Shown here piece after piece: positions 1 to 15,040 of a DNA stretch of 64,000 nt. How positions within the stretch are numbered: the first letter of the stretch is position 1; each line of letters starts with the position of its first letter. A program made the position numbers and the translations under genes. Under the pieces are notes generated by a model. The model ran no database searches. It was given only the letters and a program-made list of their open reading frames with translations, and had not been told where the DNA came from. This DNA comes from Octopus vulgaris (lineage: Eukaryota): contig OX597815.1 in NCBI GenBank assembly GCA_951406725.2, positions 95,542,001 through 95,606,000 on the forward strand, given 5' to 3'.

Positions 1-1310
1 ACAATTGATGTCTTCTATAGTCATCATAACACTCTTTGCATTCTGCTTCGTCTAAATCTATTTTAATCCCACAATTTCTATTTTATCTTTTTTACTCCTT
101 TCACATATGTTGTCTTCTAATACTTTATCTCTCATATTTCATCCCTTTATTCATAATTCGCATTCCTTGCGCGCACGCACACACAGACACAGGCTCACAC
201 ATACATACACAAGCACACACACAATTATTATTATTTGCACATTTATTTTGTGAATTAACTTCATTTTATGAAATATCTGTATGCCTTCACTTGAATCTCT
301 TAATTATTTGTTCTTCCTCCATCATTATTTATTCACAGCTAATAATAATTCCCATTCACCTCTATCGCATCGGAGTTTGTAAGTCGATATTCTTATCTAT
401 CAATATGCATGTATGGGTATTTACGTGTGCGTGTGCAGATATGTGAGTTTGAGTATGCATATATTTATTCTATTTCTTTTTTTATGTTTTCTCATTGTGA
501 CTTATTTTTTTCTCAGTGTTTCTATACCAGTGTATCTATTTTTCCCAACAGTTCATCTGAATCATCTTCGCTATTTACTGTTTTCGTACTCCTCCCTTCT
601 CCATCCACCTTTTCCTTTTACTTTGTATTTTTTAAATTTTCAATGTGTATTTTTATTTCCAATACATTTGTTGGTGATAAATGATACATTCCTTGCGTTT
701 AAAATAATTAAAACCCAACAAGGTGAACTAGTGCACATTATTATTTAAAAATTTACGAACATGATAGAAGGAAATCAATAGAAAAAAAACAAAAGCAAAA
801 TGCATCCGCATAACTAATGAAAGTGACTTTGGTAATAGGCGATCAATCATTTAGGTTAGAGAAATATTGGTTAAATATTTAGTTCTTTATTTATCTGTCT
901 ATTTGCTTTTACAGTTTTTGCTGATAGAGAAGAACTATAAATATTTTGCTAAATTTTATCGATCCGTTTTATGAATCTAAAATAGTTGTAGCTAGTTTAA
1001 TGCTACGATATGTAATTTCAAAGGATGTTTCATTGCCTATGATATCAATTTTTTCATTTAAGAGGCGTTATTACTCGTAAATATTGTTGTGACCACCAGT
1101 AGGAAGGAATTCAATATTGAGTGCAGAGAGTGCCAGAACAGAGAATATATTATTTTACTAATTTTGTCCTGTGGAATAGAGTTTTGCCGTGGGCTTCCAA
1201 AGACCTCTTAGATAGCACTTGCTAATATGCAAGTAAGAAAAATATGAATAATATCATGGGCCAAAGGTGCCAACGAAAAAAAGATATAAGAAAATATATA
1301 AGAAAATATA

Positions 1311-1487
1311 TTAAAACAGGGTTTTAAAATTTTCAACGGCAATAACTTTCCCAATAACGGAACATTCCACCAATGGTAATTCAGAGGAAACATCAACCCA
1401 TACAGATAGGATTACTCTGCCATTTCCAAAGAAAGTGATCTCTTCTGGTTTATTTCCTCTTAGAAAATCATGTCCGTACCAGCAACT
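1311..1487 (-). CDS. Candidate terminal exon
   Basis: Open frame SCWYGHDFLRGNKPEEITFFGNGRVILSVWVDVSSELPLVECSVIGKVIAVENFKTLF*. The antisense frame is also open. The acceptor (gaag|) is weak. Confidence 0.25.
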   Translation of the reverse strand, partial: SCWYGHDFLRGNKPEEITFFGNGRVILSVWVDVSSELPLVECSVIGKVIAVENFKTLF

Positions 1488-1576
1488 CTTCGTTACAAAT
1501 CAAAAAGTTGCTAATGTACAGACTCAGACACAAAACAATGCTTTGAACGAAATAAAGAAACGAATGAATGAATGAA

Positions 1577-1607
<31 letters not shown>

Positions 1608-4600
1608 AAGCAAGTCTCACATTTAGAAATTCTGTTTTAAAGCAATTTATTTTCAGAATTAATTATTGATGGTCTAAAAAATATAGCAGGATTATTCACT
1701 AAACTTTGCAATTTAAGATACAAATAAATTTTTTAATGACGATTTGGGATAGGTAAAGTGTTTGAGTTATACGTCTACATTCAAGATATATCTTTAAACT
1801 TAAAGGCTAGGTTTTTTATTAGATTAATGTTTGTGAATGATTTTAATAAAATGATTGAATTTGGGCATTTACAGTTGGTGTTTAGAGATTCGGGTTACAC
1901 GTATATTTCAGAATATGATTAATATTTTGGGATAGGTTCAAATTATTGATATTGGATTAAGATTAGGCTTTCGTTTTAAGACAAAAGAAAACAAATATTT
2001 ACAGTTGGAAGGCTATATTTATGTTGAACATTTGTTTAGCTTCCGCATCTTTCATATTTCTATGTCCGAAAACCAATTAAGTCTCGTTAAGCAACACTAG
2101 GGATCTGTAGAAGTCGAGTTTATAGAGTTAAATTCCTTTTAAGAGTCGTACTACAAGACATTGAGGAGATATTTATGTGCACAGACGGCATGTCCCCATT
2201 CAACTACAGTAGCAAGGGCACAACCCTGCATGTGGTTTTCTGCTGTATGTTCTTTTTGCTAGGAATTTCTCTAAGAACCGTGAACTCTCTACCATCTATT
2301 TTTAATTTATATCACTTTATGTTACAGTGCTTTTGTACCGTGTGAAGTTGGAATACTCACTGTGTTATCCCAATATTCAAACTACTATGCATATACATGG
2401 ACCTATGATAAGTTTCAGATCTCATCAACCAATCTATTGCTCCTTTTATCTCTTTTGTTTAGCAACATGATCGGTTTTATCAAAAGGAAACCGTTACATA
2501 TCTATCTTCGCTTCAATGGAAACATTGGAAACTTGAGAATAAAAAGAGCCCTTATATTTAACAAGTGCACCCCATGTATTAACAACAGATTCGAACTGCA
2601 TGCACTTGATTTGCCATTGCAACAACGCAGTACAAACTTTATACGCTCACACATACACACATTACAGGCCAGACAGGTCAGCTAGCAACAATTTTGCTGA
2701 AGGTTTTTTGAGGCAGACGTAAATCTGAATCACAAGGTAAAACTACAAACCATCAACATGTATTGTTTTACTACTTTCGACAGTATGTGTAATAATCGAT
2801 CAGCTGCGGGCGCAATAAAAAAATTTCTGGAAGTAAAATATTTTCCAGTCTCCTTCCACACTCTAATGCTTATTTAAATATATAGATTGTAGGCAATCTA
2901 AAATATGTAGCAAAAAGTTATAACTTATAAAGATACGAAAGAAAGCTATTATGTTTTCAATAGCATTTTAATTGAGAAAGAATACTTTTCTCTATCTCTG
3001 TGAAGCGTTTTATATAACATAATTTAGATATGTATTTATATTATGTTTATATTAAATATATATCTTTTAATTATAAGACATTCGTGGGTGCCGAAAAAGT
3101 TAAATTAAGAAAGCCTAAGATTGAAGCTATGAAAGCATCGATTTTTAATATATATCCATGACACACACATCACACAAGCAGACACACATACACGTGTGTG
3201 TGTGTGTGTGTGTGTATGTGTGTGCTTCGTTATAATAAAAGTAGTAGTATATTATTCTAAAGCCTGACTTCTGTAGAGTAAATATGTATTCATTAAGAAG
3301 AATATTGTTGACAGTTTCAGCCATTTAAGCTGTCGTCGGACTGCAGCCTGATGATGACGTAATTAGCCGAAAATTCGGAATTACTGTGAAATATATTCTT
3401 CCTTGAAGAAGTGAATAATACCATGCTTCAGTTTGACCAAACTTTTGTGTGTTAAATATGGAGAACGGAATCCGTGTGCTAGCCTATTTAAAACATCTAT
3501 TATTTCTTCACTAGTGCACTTAATCTATCATCCATTTTAACAATACTATTTAGTGATGTATACCTCGATATATGTGTCTGGTCTGAAAAGCAAACTGAAA
3601 AATTTTATGTGCATTTCCCATATCCATACAGACGAATTCACAAAAAGATAAATTGAAGAAACATTTGTTTACCAAATTATCGTTTTTGGAAGCTCTTGAT
3701 TAAAGTCAATCATTTCGTTCAAATTTCAGAATATATTGCATTTGTATGTTATTAGAAATTATTTTCATAAATCTTTTTCATTTTGAAAATTAGACCATAT
3801 TCTGCTAAGTAACGTATAGTGTTTTCTCATTCATTTTTAACAATTTATTTTCTTTCGATTTTCTTAAACCAGTTAGAGCAAAACATTTTATCTTTTTAAG
3901 ATTAATTCTAGCTTCCATCACTAACGTTTAAGATTCTCGTGAATTTGCTAGTTTACTATAATAATATTTGTATTCATTTAATAACAATATCGAGGAACAG
4001 CGCAATTTTATTTCATTATAGTTTCGATTTTCTCTTATTATCCATAGCTTTGTGAAGTATTTTAAATGTGTAATAATTAATTTTATTTTTGTCATTCGTA
4101 TTCACTCTATCTTTCTGCTGAGATAGTTTTATGATATTTTTCTCTGCGTAGGTTTAAGTGGATATCTTTTAAAGGATGAGTTCTAACAATTGCAAACGTT
4201 TTAAAATTTATATAATCTCTAATTCTAATATAATTAGTCGTCATAAAATAGGCTTTACGTTTGCATGAGATTGTGTTAGGTATTTATAAGTACGATTTCA
4301 TGGGGAAGTAATCATATGTGACAATTTATCATGTATTATGTTTTGTATCTAAGTGTTATGTGTTATTTATTGTGAACCTCTCTATGCAGCTTTAATTTAT
4401 TTCTAAGAAATCATTATTTTCATTTAGTCTGTATTAATTTCTTTTGAGTTAAGTCTATTGGATTATGAACGACTTTTTTCTATCTGTTCTAAGATCTGTT
4501 AATTATATATTAAAAATACACAGTAATGTGTATATTTTAGTTTCTTGTATTCCTTTATACTGCTCCATGTCTCAATTGTATTGTGCAAATGTGTATTGGA

Positions 4601-6014
4601 TGATGTATGATTGGAAATTATTTTCTTTATATTTATATGCAAATAAGGTACACTTTTCTTGTGGGACGTTTAACATTCCAGATTACTTTTGACGCATTTG
4701 TTACCTGTTTCTCGCAGTATAACCGCATCAAATTAATTACATATTGTTGTAAATCTTGCAGGAATGGTAATTCACGCTTTCCTATAAATATTTCTTATTT
4801 TGGAAATCATTGCTCTTATATAAAGTTGGCTTCGTGTTAAGTTCTGTTTTGCTTTACTATTGTTAATTGTTTGTTTGCTAAAATAGCAATATCTTAAACA
4901 TAGGTATATTTATTATAATTATAATTGAATATGATGATTATGAATATTAAGCATGTCTGCAAGAATACACGCACACACACACCCACACACACACACATAT
5001 ATGCATAAGGACACACACACACACACGCACATATATGCATGCTCAGGGTTTTGTTCGATAGTTATATACCAGTAATTCTATGATACATTCACTTAAATGT
5101 TTATAATGGATAGTCACTATATTTTTCTTTTATAACGGTGAAAACATATCCCTTACAATGGTACAGAATTCTTGAAAGAACTTCAACACATTGACACAAC
5201 ATTCTATGCATAGCCGCTATATATTCCACACTCTGATTTTTACTTAAAGGCACCTAACCAGCGGAGTTGCATCATTTCAAAACTAAAACGATGTTAAGTG
5301 CATTTTCATCAATGATGTAAAAGAACATCCGATTATCTGGTGGATACCGTGATACGGTTTATTTTGATTCTAATTTTCTTTTGAATATGCACTATCTTTA
5401 TAAGAAAAAAATGGGAAATATCTTATAAAACTGTCTTTCTCAGGTTGTGTTAATCATTAAATCAGAAAACCTATAAATTTTTCTCCCATAAATTGTTTAT
5501 TAACATGTCATTCTCAACCCCTTTTCTCTGAATATAATTAATTTTGTTTTGGTTTCTGAACATACCTTTTTTTCTTATTATCTGATAGTTCATTTTCTGT
5601 GTAACTCTCCTTTTAATCGACAGTATCAAAGTCGTTTGAAAGAACAATGTATTTTCCATATTTTCTAGTAATAATTCGACTAGGGCATCAAATTATAGTC
5701 AAGATAATTTAAGGGATTAATATTGGCTCTTCTTTCTTCCATAAAGAAATTAATATTGATTGCTTTCTACGATATGGAAAATGTCTATTGGCAGAATGAA
5801 ATAAAAACAAAAGCATTATCCAAGAACAATTGAATATTTCAGCTAGGATAGAGTAGCTTTTATGGATAATGCTTTCACAAAATTGCATCCTTTATACTAA
5901 GTTCTTTATATAACATGCTACCTATATAATTTTGATTGCATTACGATATATAACTGACTTACCCACAACAGTCTGTATATATATGCACACATAATAGGTA
6001 CACACATATATACG

Positions 6015-6058
<44 letters not shown>

Positions 6059-6149
6059 TATATCAAAATATAATCATCCCATTTTGAATTACATGGATAA
6101 TACCATACCAAATTCTGGTGCCTTTATCTTAAGTACCATATTCAACTAA

Positions 6150-6208
<59 letters not shown>

Positions 6209-6301
6209 GTATGCATATATGTAAATGTATATGTGTATATATTTATATATATATATATACATACAATCATACAAACATAAATGCATACATGTATATATAT
6301 G

Positions 6302-6334
<33 letters not shown>

Positions 6335-6335
<1 letters not shown>

Positions 6336-6628
6336 AAGGTGCATGGCTCGGTGGTTAGAGAGTCGAGCTTACGATCGTGAGGTTGCGTGTTGGTTCTTGA
6401 GCAAGACACTTTATTTCACGTCCATCCAGTTAACTCAGCTGTAGAAATGAGTTGCAACATCACTGGTGCCAAGCTGAATCGGCTTTTGCTTTTTCCCTCG
6501 GATAACATGAGGAGTGTAGAGAGGGAAGGCCTGAACGCACGGGAGACTGGTGGTCTTCCATAAAAAAAACCTTGCCCGGATTGTGCCTCGGAAGGTAACA
6601 TTTTAGGTGCAATCCAAGGGTCACTCAT

Positions 6629-6631
<3 letters not shown>
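6335..6631 (+). mobile_element. tRNA-derived SINE family C (V/Meta-like central domain)
   Basis: A-box-like tggctcggtggttagag, then cttgagcaagacactttatttcac..actcagctgtagaaatgagt. Bounded by (GT)n and (TA)n. Confidence 0.8.
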
Positions 6632-6687
<56 letters not shown>

Positions 6688-6737
6688 ACGTATATATCAT
6701 TAACAATAGATCTACATATACGTTTGTATATTTATAT

Positions 6738-6952
6738 TAAGAATTAGCTTCCCAACCACATGATTCAGGGTACAGTTCCACTGAATGAGCACCTTCTGAA
6801 TGTATCTTCTACTATAGCGTCAGATCGACCATAGGATGGTGAGTGGATTTGTCGTATATAAATATATATATGTAAATTAGAATCGTTCAACTAAAAGTTC
6901 TTAAAGCCGGTGCCCCAGTATGGACACAATTTCAAAACTGAAACTAGTGAAA
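6738..6952 (+). mobile_element. SINE family B fragments
   Basis: gcttcccaaccacatg..tcttctactatagc..gtgagtggatttg plus tail ttcttaaagccggtgccccagtatgg..actgaaac. Confidence 0.7.
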
Positions 6953-6959
6953 GATAATA

Positions 6960-7345
<386 letters not shown>

Positions 7346-7844
7346 TCCATATAAAGATATGAGGTTGTTAAAGAGGGAGAGAGAAAGAGAGAGAGAGCGA
7401 GAGGAACATACTATGAGTTAGAGGGAATCTATGACGTAACGTTCCGATATAATAATTGCCTAGAGTCAATCTTTTCTGATAGTGACTTCAACTGTTTTAA
7501 TCAAAGCTCAGTTCTATTGAAGAGGTTGGAGATTTTATTTTCAATGAAATTAAAATATTTATTAATATGACAAAAACCTATGACAAGCAGATGGAATCCC
7601 ATCTCCGAGCGAAGATTATGTTTATCGATTGCGGTTGGAAGGTAATGGCTTTGGAATTGAGATATTTATCTTGAATCAATGCCCCAAGTCATTTCGTGTG
7701 CAGAAATGATGGAAAATATTGCTCTTCTTTTTCCTATGTTATTTGCTTTCCTTCGAAATGCACAATACCTTTTATATGGAACGTTTAACGCTTGAGTTTA
7801 CACACACATGCAAATATGTGATTGTGTGTGTGTTTGAACGTGTT

Positions 7845-7946
<102 letters not shown>

Positions 7947-10304
7947 CTCATATATACATATATCTTTATGCGGAAACCAATGCCGTATACTCTCATATAT
8001 TACACAATTCCTATCGTTTTCTGTATTGCTCTTTTTATTTAAAGCTTTTGCGCTTTTATTTATATTATTACTTTTAATCTTTCATGATCTACCTATTCCG
8101 AATTTCTCCAAACAAACACGAACCGCACGCTTCTATATATAATTATGTATACATTATGTAATTGTATAAGGGTATGTGTCTTTGCGTGTGTTTAAACCAG
8201 CAGAAAATGTAATGGAGTCGGTAAGATTATAGTTTTAATGGTTGAGTTATGATTAGTACATAGACGAATTGTATGAGATAATCTCAAATAATTATTTTAT
8301 ATTAGTAACGTTTGCTACGTTCGCATGTGACAATATCTTAGCAGAGGTATTTTCAATCACTAATATAATTAGTAGAAATGGTGGATTTATATTATGTAAG
8401 ATGTTTGCAAACTTAAGGCAGATTGATAACATATTTCTCATTGTCGTTGCATAGCCCCAGTTTTATATTAATATAGCAGACATACTTTAAACTTATATTT
8501 ACCGTTTGTATCATGTAATTTATGAACTAGCTAGTATTACAGTAACTAATATATTTTGCCACTAGACGATATAATCATGGGAATTATCTATCATATCCAA
8601 TAGTTACGACCGTAAAGCAGCAGGCCCTCTTTTCAAAGAAAAGAATAACAATAAATTGCGCATCAAGGTTTAATAAATTTTCCAGATATGTTTTGTGTTT
8701 TGATGGAAACAAAAACATTGTAAATAAATATAAATGTTAAAAAATCCATATTTCCCCGTAGGGTATTTGCCGACCATTTATCTTTTGCAATGATTTTGTA
8801 GATCTTGCTGAAAGCCAGTTGTTTTTGGATAAGCTTTTAATATGTAAACACGAAAATAGGTATATAAAATTGCATATTTTAAAATGGTCAGTAGCTTTTG
8901 ATATATATATATGTGTTTGTGTGTGTGCGCGTGCGTGCGTATGTGTTTGTGTGTGTGTGAGAGTGTGCGTGTGTGTGTGTGTATAATTAAGATGAGTATA
9001 TATATATATATATATATACTCATCTTAATTATTTTTACTTCTTTTTAATAAAGCGTATTACTCTACCGCTAGTTTTCCACATTGTTTCGCATTTATGTGC
9101 TTCTGGTATATATATATATATATATGTACATACATACACATACGCATTTATACATATATGATGTGTGTCTGTGTGTATAGTATTAATTTCCCTCTTGGTT
9201 CAGCCATTATCTTGTATGGAAGGAAAACAGGGGAAATCTTTTTTTTTCCTGTTCCCCATTTAAAGAGATTCAAGAATTTATTTTGTTTACACTTTCATTA
9301 ATTAACATTTCCTACGTTTTAAGAATCAATGTCCATCCTTTTCCTCTATCTTGTACGTCTTCATAATTGTTGAACAGTAAATAGATAGACAATAACTTAA
9401 TCAGATTATTATATTAGAGTAACAGTCTTCATTTTAAATTAGCTGTTTAATGAAGGAAGACGATGAAAGATGTACTATCGAGACACAGTTTTTGAGATAG
9501 AGATAATTTGGAATGTGCTTAATTTATTTTCCATTACTATCAAGGTAAATGCAGTCTGTTTATCTTTCGAGTCCAGCAATGTTATTGACAATCTTCATCA
9601 TTTAGAATCATCGACCCATTACATGTGTGTGTGTATGTTCTAACAGATGTGAGAGGTACTTACAAGTGTTTTTGTCTGTATTATATCTTGGCAAAATATC
9701 TGTACAAAATCACGCCAAAATCATCTTCATGCGAATGAGCACTATGGTGTAATACCTTATACAATTTTGTCTCCCTTTACGTAATGGGTCCCCTATTTCC
9801 ATATAAGAATGAACGTATATGAAATTCATATCCTTTGCTTTTCTTTTTCAAATTATCTGTTTGATAAGTGAACCAAGCTATCATATTTATCATACATTTA
9901 ATATTTCATGCATATTTTATATCTGTGAACTGCCTACTTCTTTATCGTCTCTCTATAATATCGTAATGGAACAATAAATTAGCAGTTAATAAATCATGCT
10001 ATTCAAATAATGTTATTCCTTTTAAATTCCAAGGATATCGAGTGGGAAATAAGAAGAAAGAAGAAAGAAGAAAAAAGAACATTTGTTTCTAGATAGCAAT
10101 TATTTTCAACGTACAAAGTCATTTCCTTTTTTCTATCGTAATGATAACAAGCTGTTCAAGTGTGAATCGAATTACCTTGCATAAGATTCTCATAATTAGC
10201 TTTTTACAATTAGTGTCAGTCATACTTCCTGTATCAGTTCGTGCGAATAATGCAACATATTATGTAAAGTGGCCTTTGGGCTAGCCACTGTGAATCTAAC
10301 ATAC

Positions 10305-10376
10305 CACAACCTTCTCAGGCGAATGAAAACCTGTTACCATAGGGTTATAGGCTTTCATGGAAGGAAACGGATTAAG
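10305..10376 (-). CDS. Candidate 72-nt exon (phase 0-0)
   Basis: tttcgtccatatgcag|LNPFPSMKAYNPMVTGFHSPEKVV|gtatgt. Confidence 0.3.
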
Positions 10377-13300
10377 CTGCATATGGACGAAAATATTGTA
10401 TTGTAGCAGTAAACCTGAAAATTGATATCCTGGAGCTTATGGTATTAGTGCTTACGTATCTAAGTGAATGTTTTCAGTTACTCTTTTATCTAAATTGGAC
10501 GAGACAATGAATGCCCACATTTAGTGTCATGATTAGTCATTGTAAAACAATGCATCTTCAACATTTTCCGTAATAACAAAATAATTTTTCATAGAGGGGG
10601 TATGATTAAAATTTGAGCCTACTATGTAATGTCACCAAATAGATTTTGGCAGTAAAAAAAAGACCTGAATGTTAGCAATGCACAAAACATAAATGTTTTT
10701 TGCCTATGTTATGGATTTGGTCCCGATATTTCTCACGGTTTCACGGGGCTGCATTGACAAAAAACGTCATTTCAAACAGCTGAAATTATTTATTATTTCA
10801 ATAGTGTCGATTTTACCATATTTAATTTTATATTCATTTTCTTTTTTCTTTCTTAATCATATTAATATATTTTGTCCTTGAATGCCAAATGTATTTCGTT
10901 AAAACTGTTATGTTTCCGTTTCTATGATTTAAAAACAAAAATGTTGGTGTGTTATGTATCTATTTTTAAAGTTTTTATCGGTCAATACAGAACCTTTGAA
11001 ACGATGGTCCCTATTTATTCATCTGGCACATATTGTTTCGACGTGCACCGTCGAATAGCGTAATATTATGTACATTGCATTTCCATTTTACAAAAGTCTT
11101 GTTTGTTCGGTATTATACATTATAAAGTATTTCTTGCGACATAAATGTGACACGTATGTAGGGAGTGAGATAAAAGAAACACCTTTTAACGTTCCAAATA
11201 ATGAACATGTTCGGAAGTGTTCATTTCAACGTTGGTAACAGTTCTCGAGTGAAGTCGAAGAGTGATACCTTTATCGTGTTATATACATACTTTATCGTTA
11301 TAACTGATGTTAAATTAGAGAGAAGCCCCTTCTTGTATATATAACAAACCGAATGAAACTACAGTATTTTTCCTCTCTATATAAGTATTTCTCTCTCCCC
11401 CCTCTCTCTCTGTATATATATATATATATATACGTATGTATACAAGCACATGTGTACACATATCTGTGTCGAAGTATGAGTGCACGTACATCAGAGCATA
11501 AAGTAATAAAATACTTAATTGAATTTCAAACGTTACCAATACGACTGTAAGTTCCTTATATCTGGTTACCCGTTATTAGTGGTTTGGCGATAAATATGTA
11601 TTTATAACCATTCGATTGAAGATACATAAACGTAAATTATTTGAAAATAAACACGTAATTTAATTTGGGATCACATATGTTTTGGCGTTGATATAGAATT
11701 CGGTCTCATATGAAAAAGTGGAAATTAATATTAAAAGATTAAAGATAAAAGAAAATATGTTTGAGAAATTATAGAGAAAAGGTTGAAAGGAAAAATAACA
11801 ACAAAACAAATAAATTAAGAAAATGTTTTAGAGCGATCCTATATATTGATTTAAGCAGAATTATTGATTAAAAAAAGCTCGTGCATCAGTGGCGCTTGTG
11901 ATTGAAAATAGGGAAAACAGGACAAGTAGGATGGTAAGGGAAAATACTGAGATACGTGGAAGTTTCGGTTCTATTATGTAATAGGAGAATATAAAGAAAA
12001 GTCGTAGGATTACGTATTGAAACAGGAGCGATTTAGAGCAATGAAGTGACGAGTGAGAAAGGCAAATAATAAAAAACGCTAATGTATAATACAGGTTTCG
12101 AACGATATAACATTTTGTCGTAGAACAACCGTGTGAACTATTCGAAGCTATACAAGGAATTTTAAATATCACCAGATATAATTATTGATGCGTAAATATC
12201 AGATGGATATAGTAGGGAAATAAATGTATTGGATTGCGACATACATTTAATTGTATAAGAAAAATACGTCAGAATATTATAGTAAAATGACAATTTGTGT
12301 TAGCTAAATAATTTTGAGTTTATAATATATACTATATTATGTTTTAATTTATGCTATAGAATAGCATCCCTTCCCAGTGGCATAATTTACAAACATGTAG
12401 TTACTTTTCTAAGGTTTATATGCTTCAACAAAGTGAAACCTACTTGGTTTAATGAACTTCAAAATGTATACGCTTTCTCCATCATTCCAAATGTTTTAAT
12501 ATTCCATTTCCCATACGCATTCACATACTATATCGCTAATGAAGATACTCTTAAAACCTTCTTTCTTTTACATCTCAGCAGGAAATTAAAGCATATGTGC
12601 GTACATATATAAAACGAAAAATATAATTCAGATAAGCATTAGGGAAGATTTGGCATAAATCTCCAATCAGATATTATATGCAAACAAACATTCACATACT
12701 TATACACATAGACACAAATATATTCACCAGTTCAACATTGACTGACTAAACGAACAGTGATAGCTACATAAATGCGTCTTGCATAACTTGTAAATATTCC
12801 CTATTTTCCTTACGTTGTATATTTTCGCTAGATGAAAGAGGTATGAAAGAAAATAGTGCCTCCCTTTTTTCGGCGTATGTGTTCTCTAAGAATGTGGCAT
12901 AATCTCTTCCATTGCAAGCTGCTAAATGAAAATCGCTAAGCTGAGTCTCAGTTGAGACGCAAAGAAAGATTAAGTTTCGCTTATCGACAATCTCTCCCTC
13001 AGTATATCGTAGTTTTCTTTTTTGTGCATTTATACATGAGCTGTTACCGCCAACCTTTAGTTGTCAATGGTAAGCTAGGCTTTTCCTTGTGACGCTTCCA
13101 GTCGTGTCAATTTTTTCCTGCTATCTGGTTGCATCAGTGGGAACTTTTGGTTGAACAGGAATAAATTAATGAGTTATATTAAGAATACTTTTATGGATTT
13201 TCTCAGGTACGTTACGCATGATTAAAAAGGACTTTTCTAAGAAAGTGTACGGTTGGCGCCTGGAGTCGCAGCAGCTGTAGTTGGAAATGTTTTAATCGTT

Positions 13301-14069
13301 CCTTCTGATTCTTCAGTTTTCGTTTCCTAACTTGCGTCGTTACGGATCAGCAGCATTGATGAACGATGGATGATGGTAATATAGTAGCTGAGGTTTATCG
13401 ATAGGGAGCATGTTTAGTAGGATAACATTTTTTTGAGGGGATGGATTTTAGAAGAATTGTTTAGGTACTATGGAAATGGTCTGAATTAGTGGTGCGTTTC
13501 TAGAGCGATTTTGGATTTAGAAATGTTCCTGACATTATGGATTTTGAAAGTGTTGTGGGTGAAGGAAAATTGCCGCTTGGAAGTAGTGTCATAACGCTTA
13601 CACTAGCTGACAAGTTGTGCTGTGTATTAGCAGATGTATTCTATCGACAATACAACAGTAGGTGAAGGTGATGATGTTTGCAGCGGCTAGATGCTGCTGG
13701 AGGAATAAATCTAGCAGTAGGCGAAAAGGATACAGTAATTAAAAAGTGAAGTTTTCTACTGCCTCCAGAGATTTGGAAATAGACAGACAAGGCTACCATG
13801 TCAGAGCTATAGTTACGTTTTCTGTTTTGTTCATTTATTTTTCACACTGCGGAAATATGTCTGGGAGAGACATGTAGGCCGATATCATTTATCTTTTATT
13901 GTTTACTTGTTCCAGTTACTGCTGGAAGAAAGCCTTGAAGTGTCTAATTCGACATAACGACACCGGTAATTTTCATTTTAAAGCTTCTTGCTTAAAATAT
14001 CGGTTGTCAAGTGACAGAGGGGAACAAAAATAAACACATATACGTATAATACTTAATCTATCCGCAACG

Positions 14070-14188
14070 ATTTGGTTGCCTTGGCAATATAGTAGAAAGC
14101 ACCTGCACAATATGCCACGCATGGGGCTGAGTTCGGAACCGAATAGTTATGTATCAAGCTTCATAATGCACAACCACGCTTCCGCCTA
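14070..14188 (-). mobile_element. SINE family B 5' fragment
   Basis: atagtagaaagcacctgcac..gccacgc..accacgcttccgcc is the reverse complement of the family B head. Confidence 0.6.
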
Positions 14189-14213
14189 CTGATATGAAAT
14201 GTATACAAATGTA

Positions 14214-15040
14214 TTGGATCATCCCATAAATAATGCGTTTTTATCCATTGCATGAACTAAAAGTCGGGGGAAGACGGGATAAACTACCTGCATCATCTTT
14301 CTATAATAGCAGGTAGTAATTTTACCTTGTAGTTATCCTCAGTGCAAGTTTTGAAGAGTGCAGTTCGATTTTAAGTTATTTTCCCAAAGCTTTAATGGAA
14401 GTGGTAAAAGACCGTATCCTGCTATTTTGCTTTCTGAGTTCAATATACTCATAAAATGTAAGGCAATGGAAAGCTCAAGGATTATTAATGCAGTATATGT
14501 GGATCGGGCAATAATTGTAATCAAGTGTCAACGGTGGTTCCAGAAATTCCGAAAGACGAACCTTGACCTGAAAGATATGTAGATTTTGACAAGGACGTCC
14601 TGCAAACCCTGGTGGAATAAAATCCCATAGTAACTGTTGAGGAACTAGGAGAGAAGTGTGGATTTGGTCATTCAACCAGTCGTTCAAGTCAGCGTTAGAA
14701 GAAAGAGGGCCGTCTTTGGTTTCAAGACGAAAGGCATTCTTCCATCAGGATAATGCTCGGCCACATACAGCAAAGATTACATTTCAAAGGCTGAAGCAGT
14801 TTGAAAGGGAAACGATGTCCCATCCACCATATTCGCCGGACATTGCCCCATTTGACTATCATTTATTCTGCCATCTTCAAAATTATTTGGATGGGAAAAA
14901 TATGTATTCAGTAGAAGAGGTCAGAACTACTGGAGGAGTGTCTTTCATCACGGATAACTGAATTTTGGAAGAGGGGACTTGCATGTCTACTACATATAGG
15001 GAGGAGAACTGTTGGAAATGAGAATATACTTTAGAATTTT
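14214..15040 (+). mobile_element. Mariner (DD34D) transposon relic, internally deleted, right end missing
   Basis: TA followed by a TIR-like ttggatcatcccataaataatgcg at ~14212. ORF 14358 has the HTH segment CQRWFQKFR. ORF 14656 has FHQDNARPH...HPPYSPDIAPFDYHLF. The first catalytic Asp region is absent and frames are broken. Confidence 0.92.

Noticed and set aside
3600-4720. Possible ancient LINE endonuclease/RT relic on the minus strand
   Set aside because: Only two or three short motif hints (IWNV, DYFP); insufficient.
13040-13960. Possible LINE ORF1 relic with a broken zinc knuckle on the minus strand
   Set aside because: Too decayed to assign; only PTC..RHISAV is suggestive.
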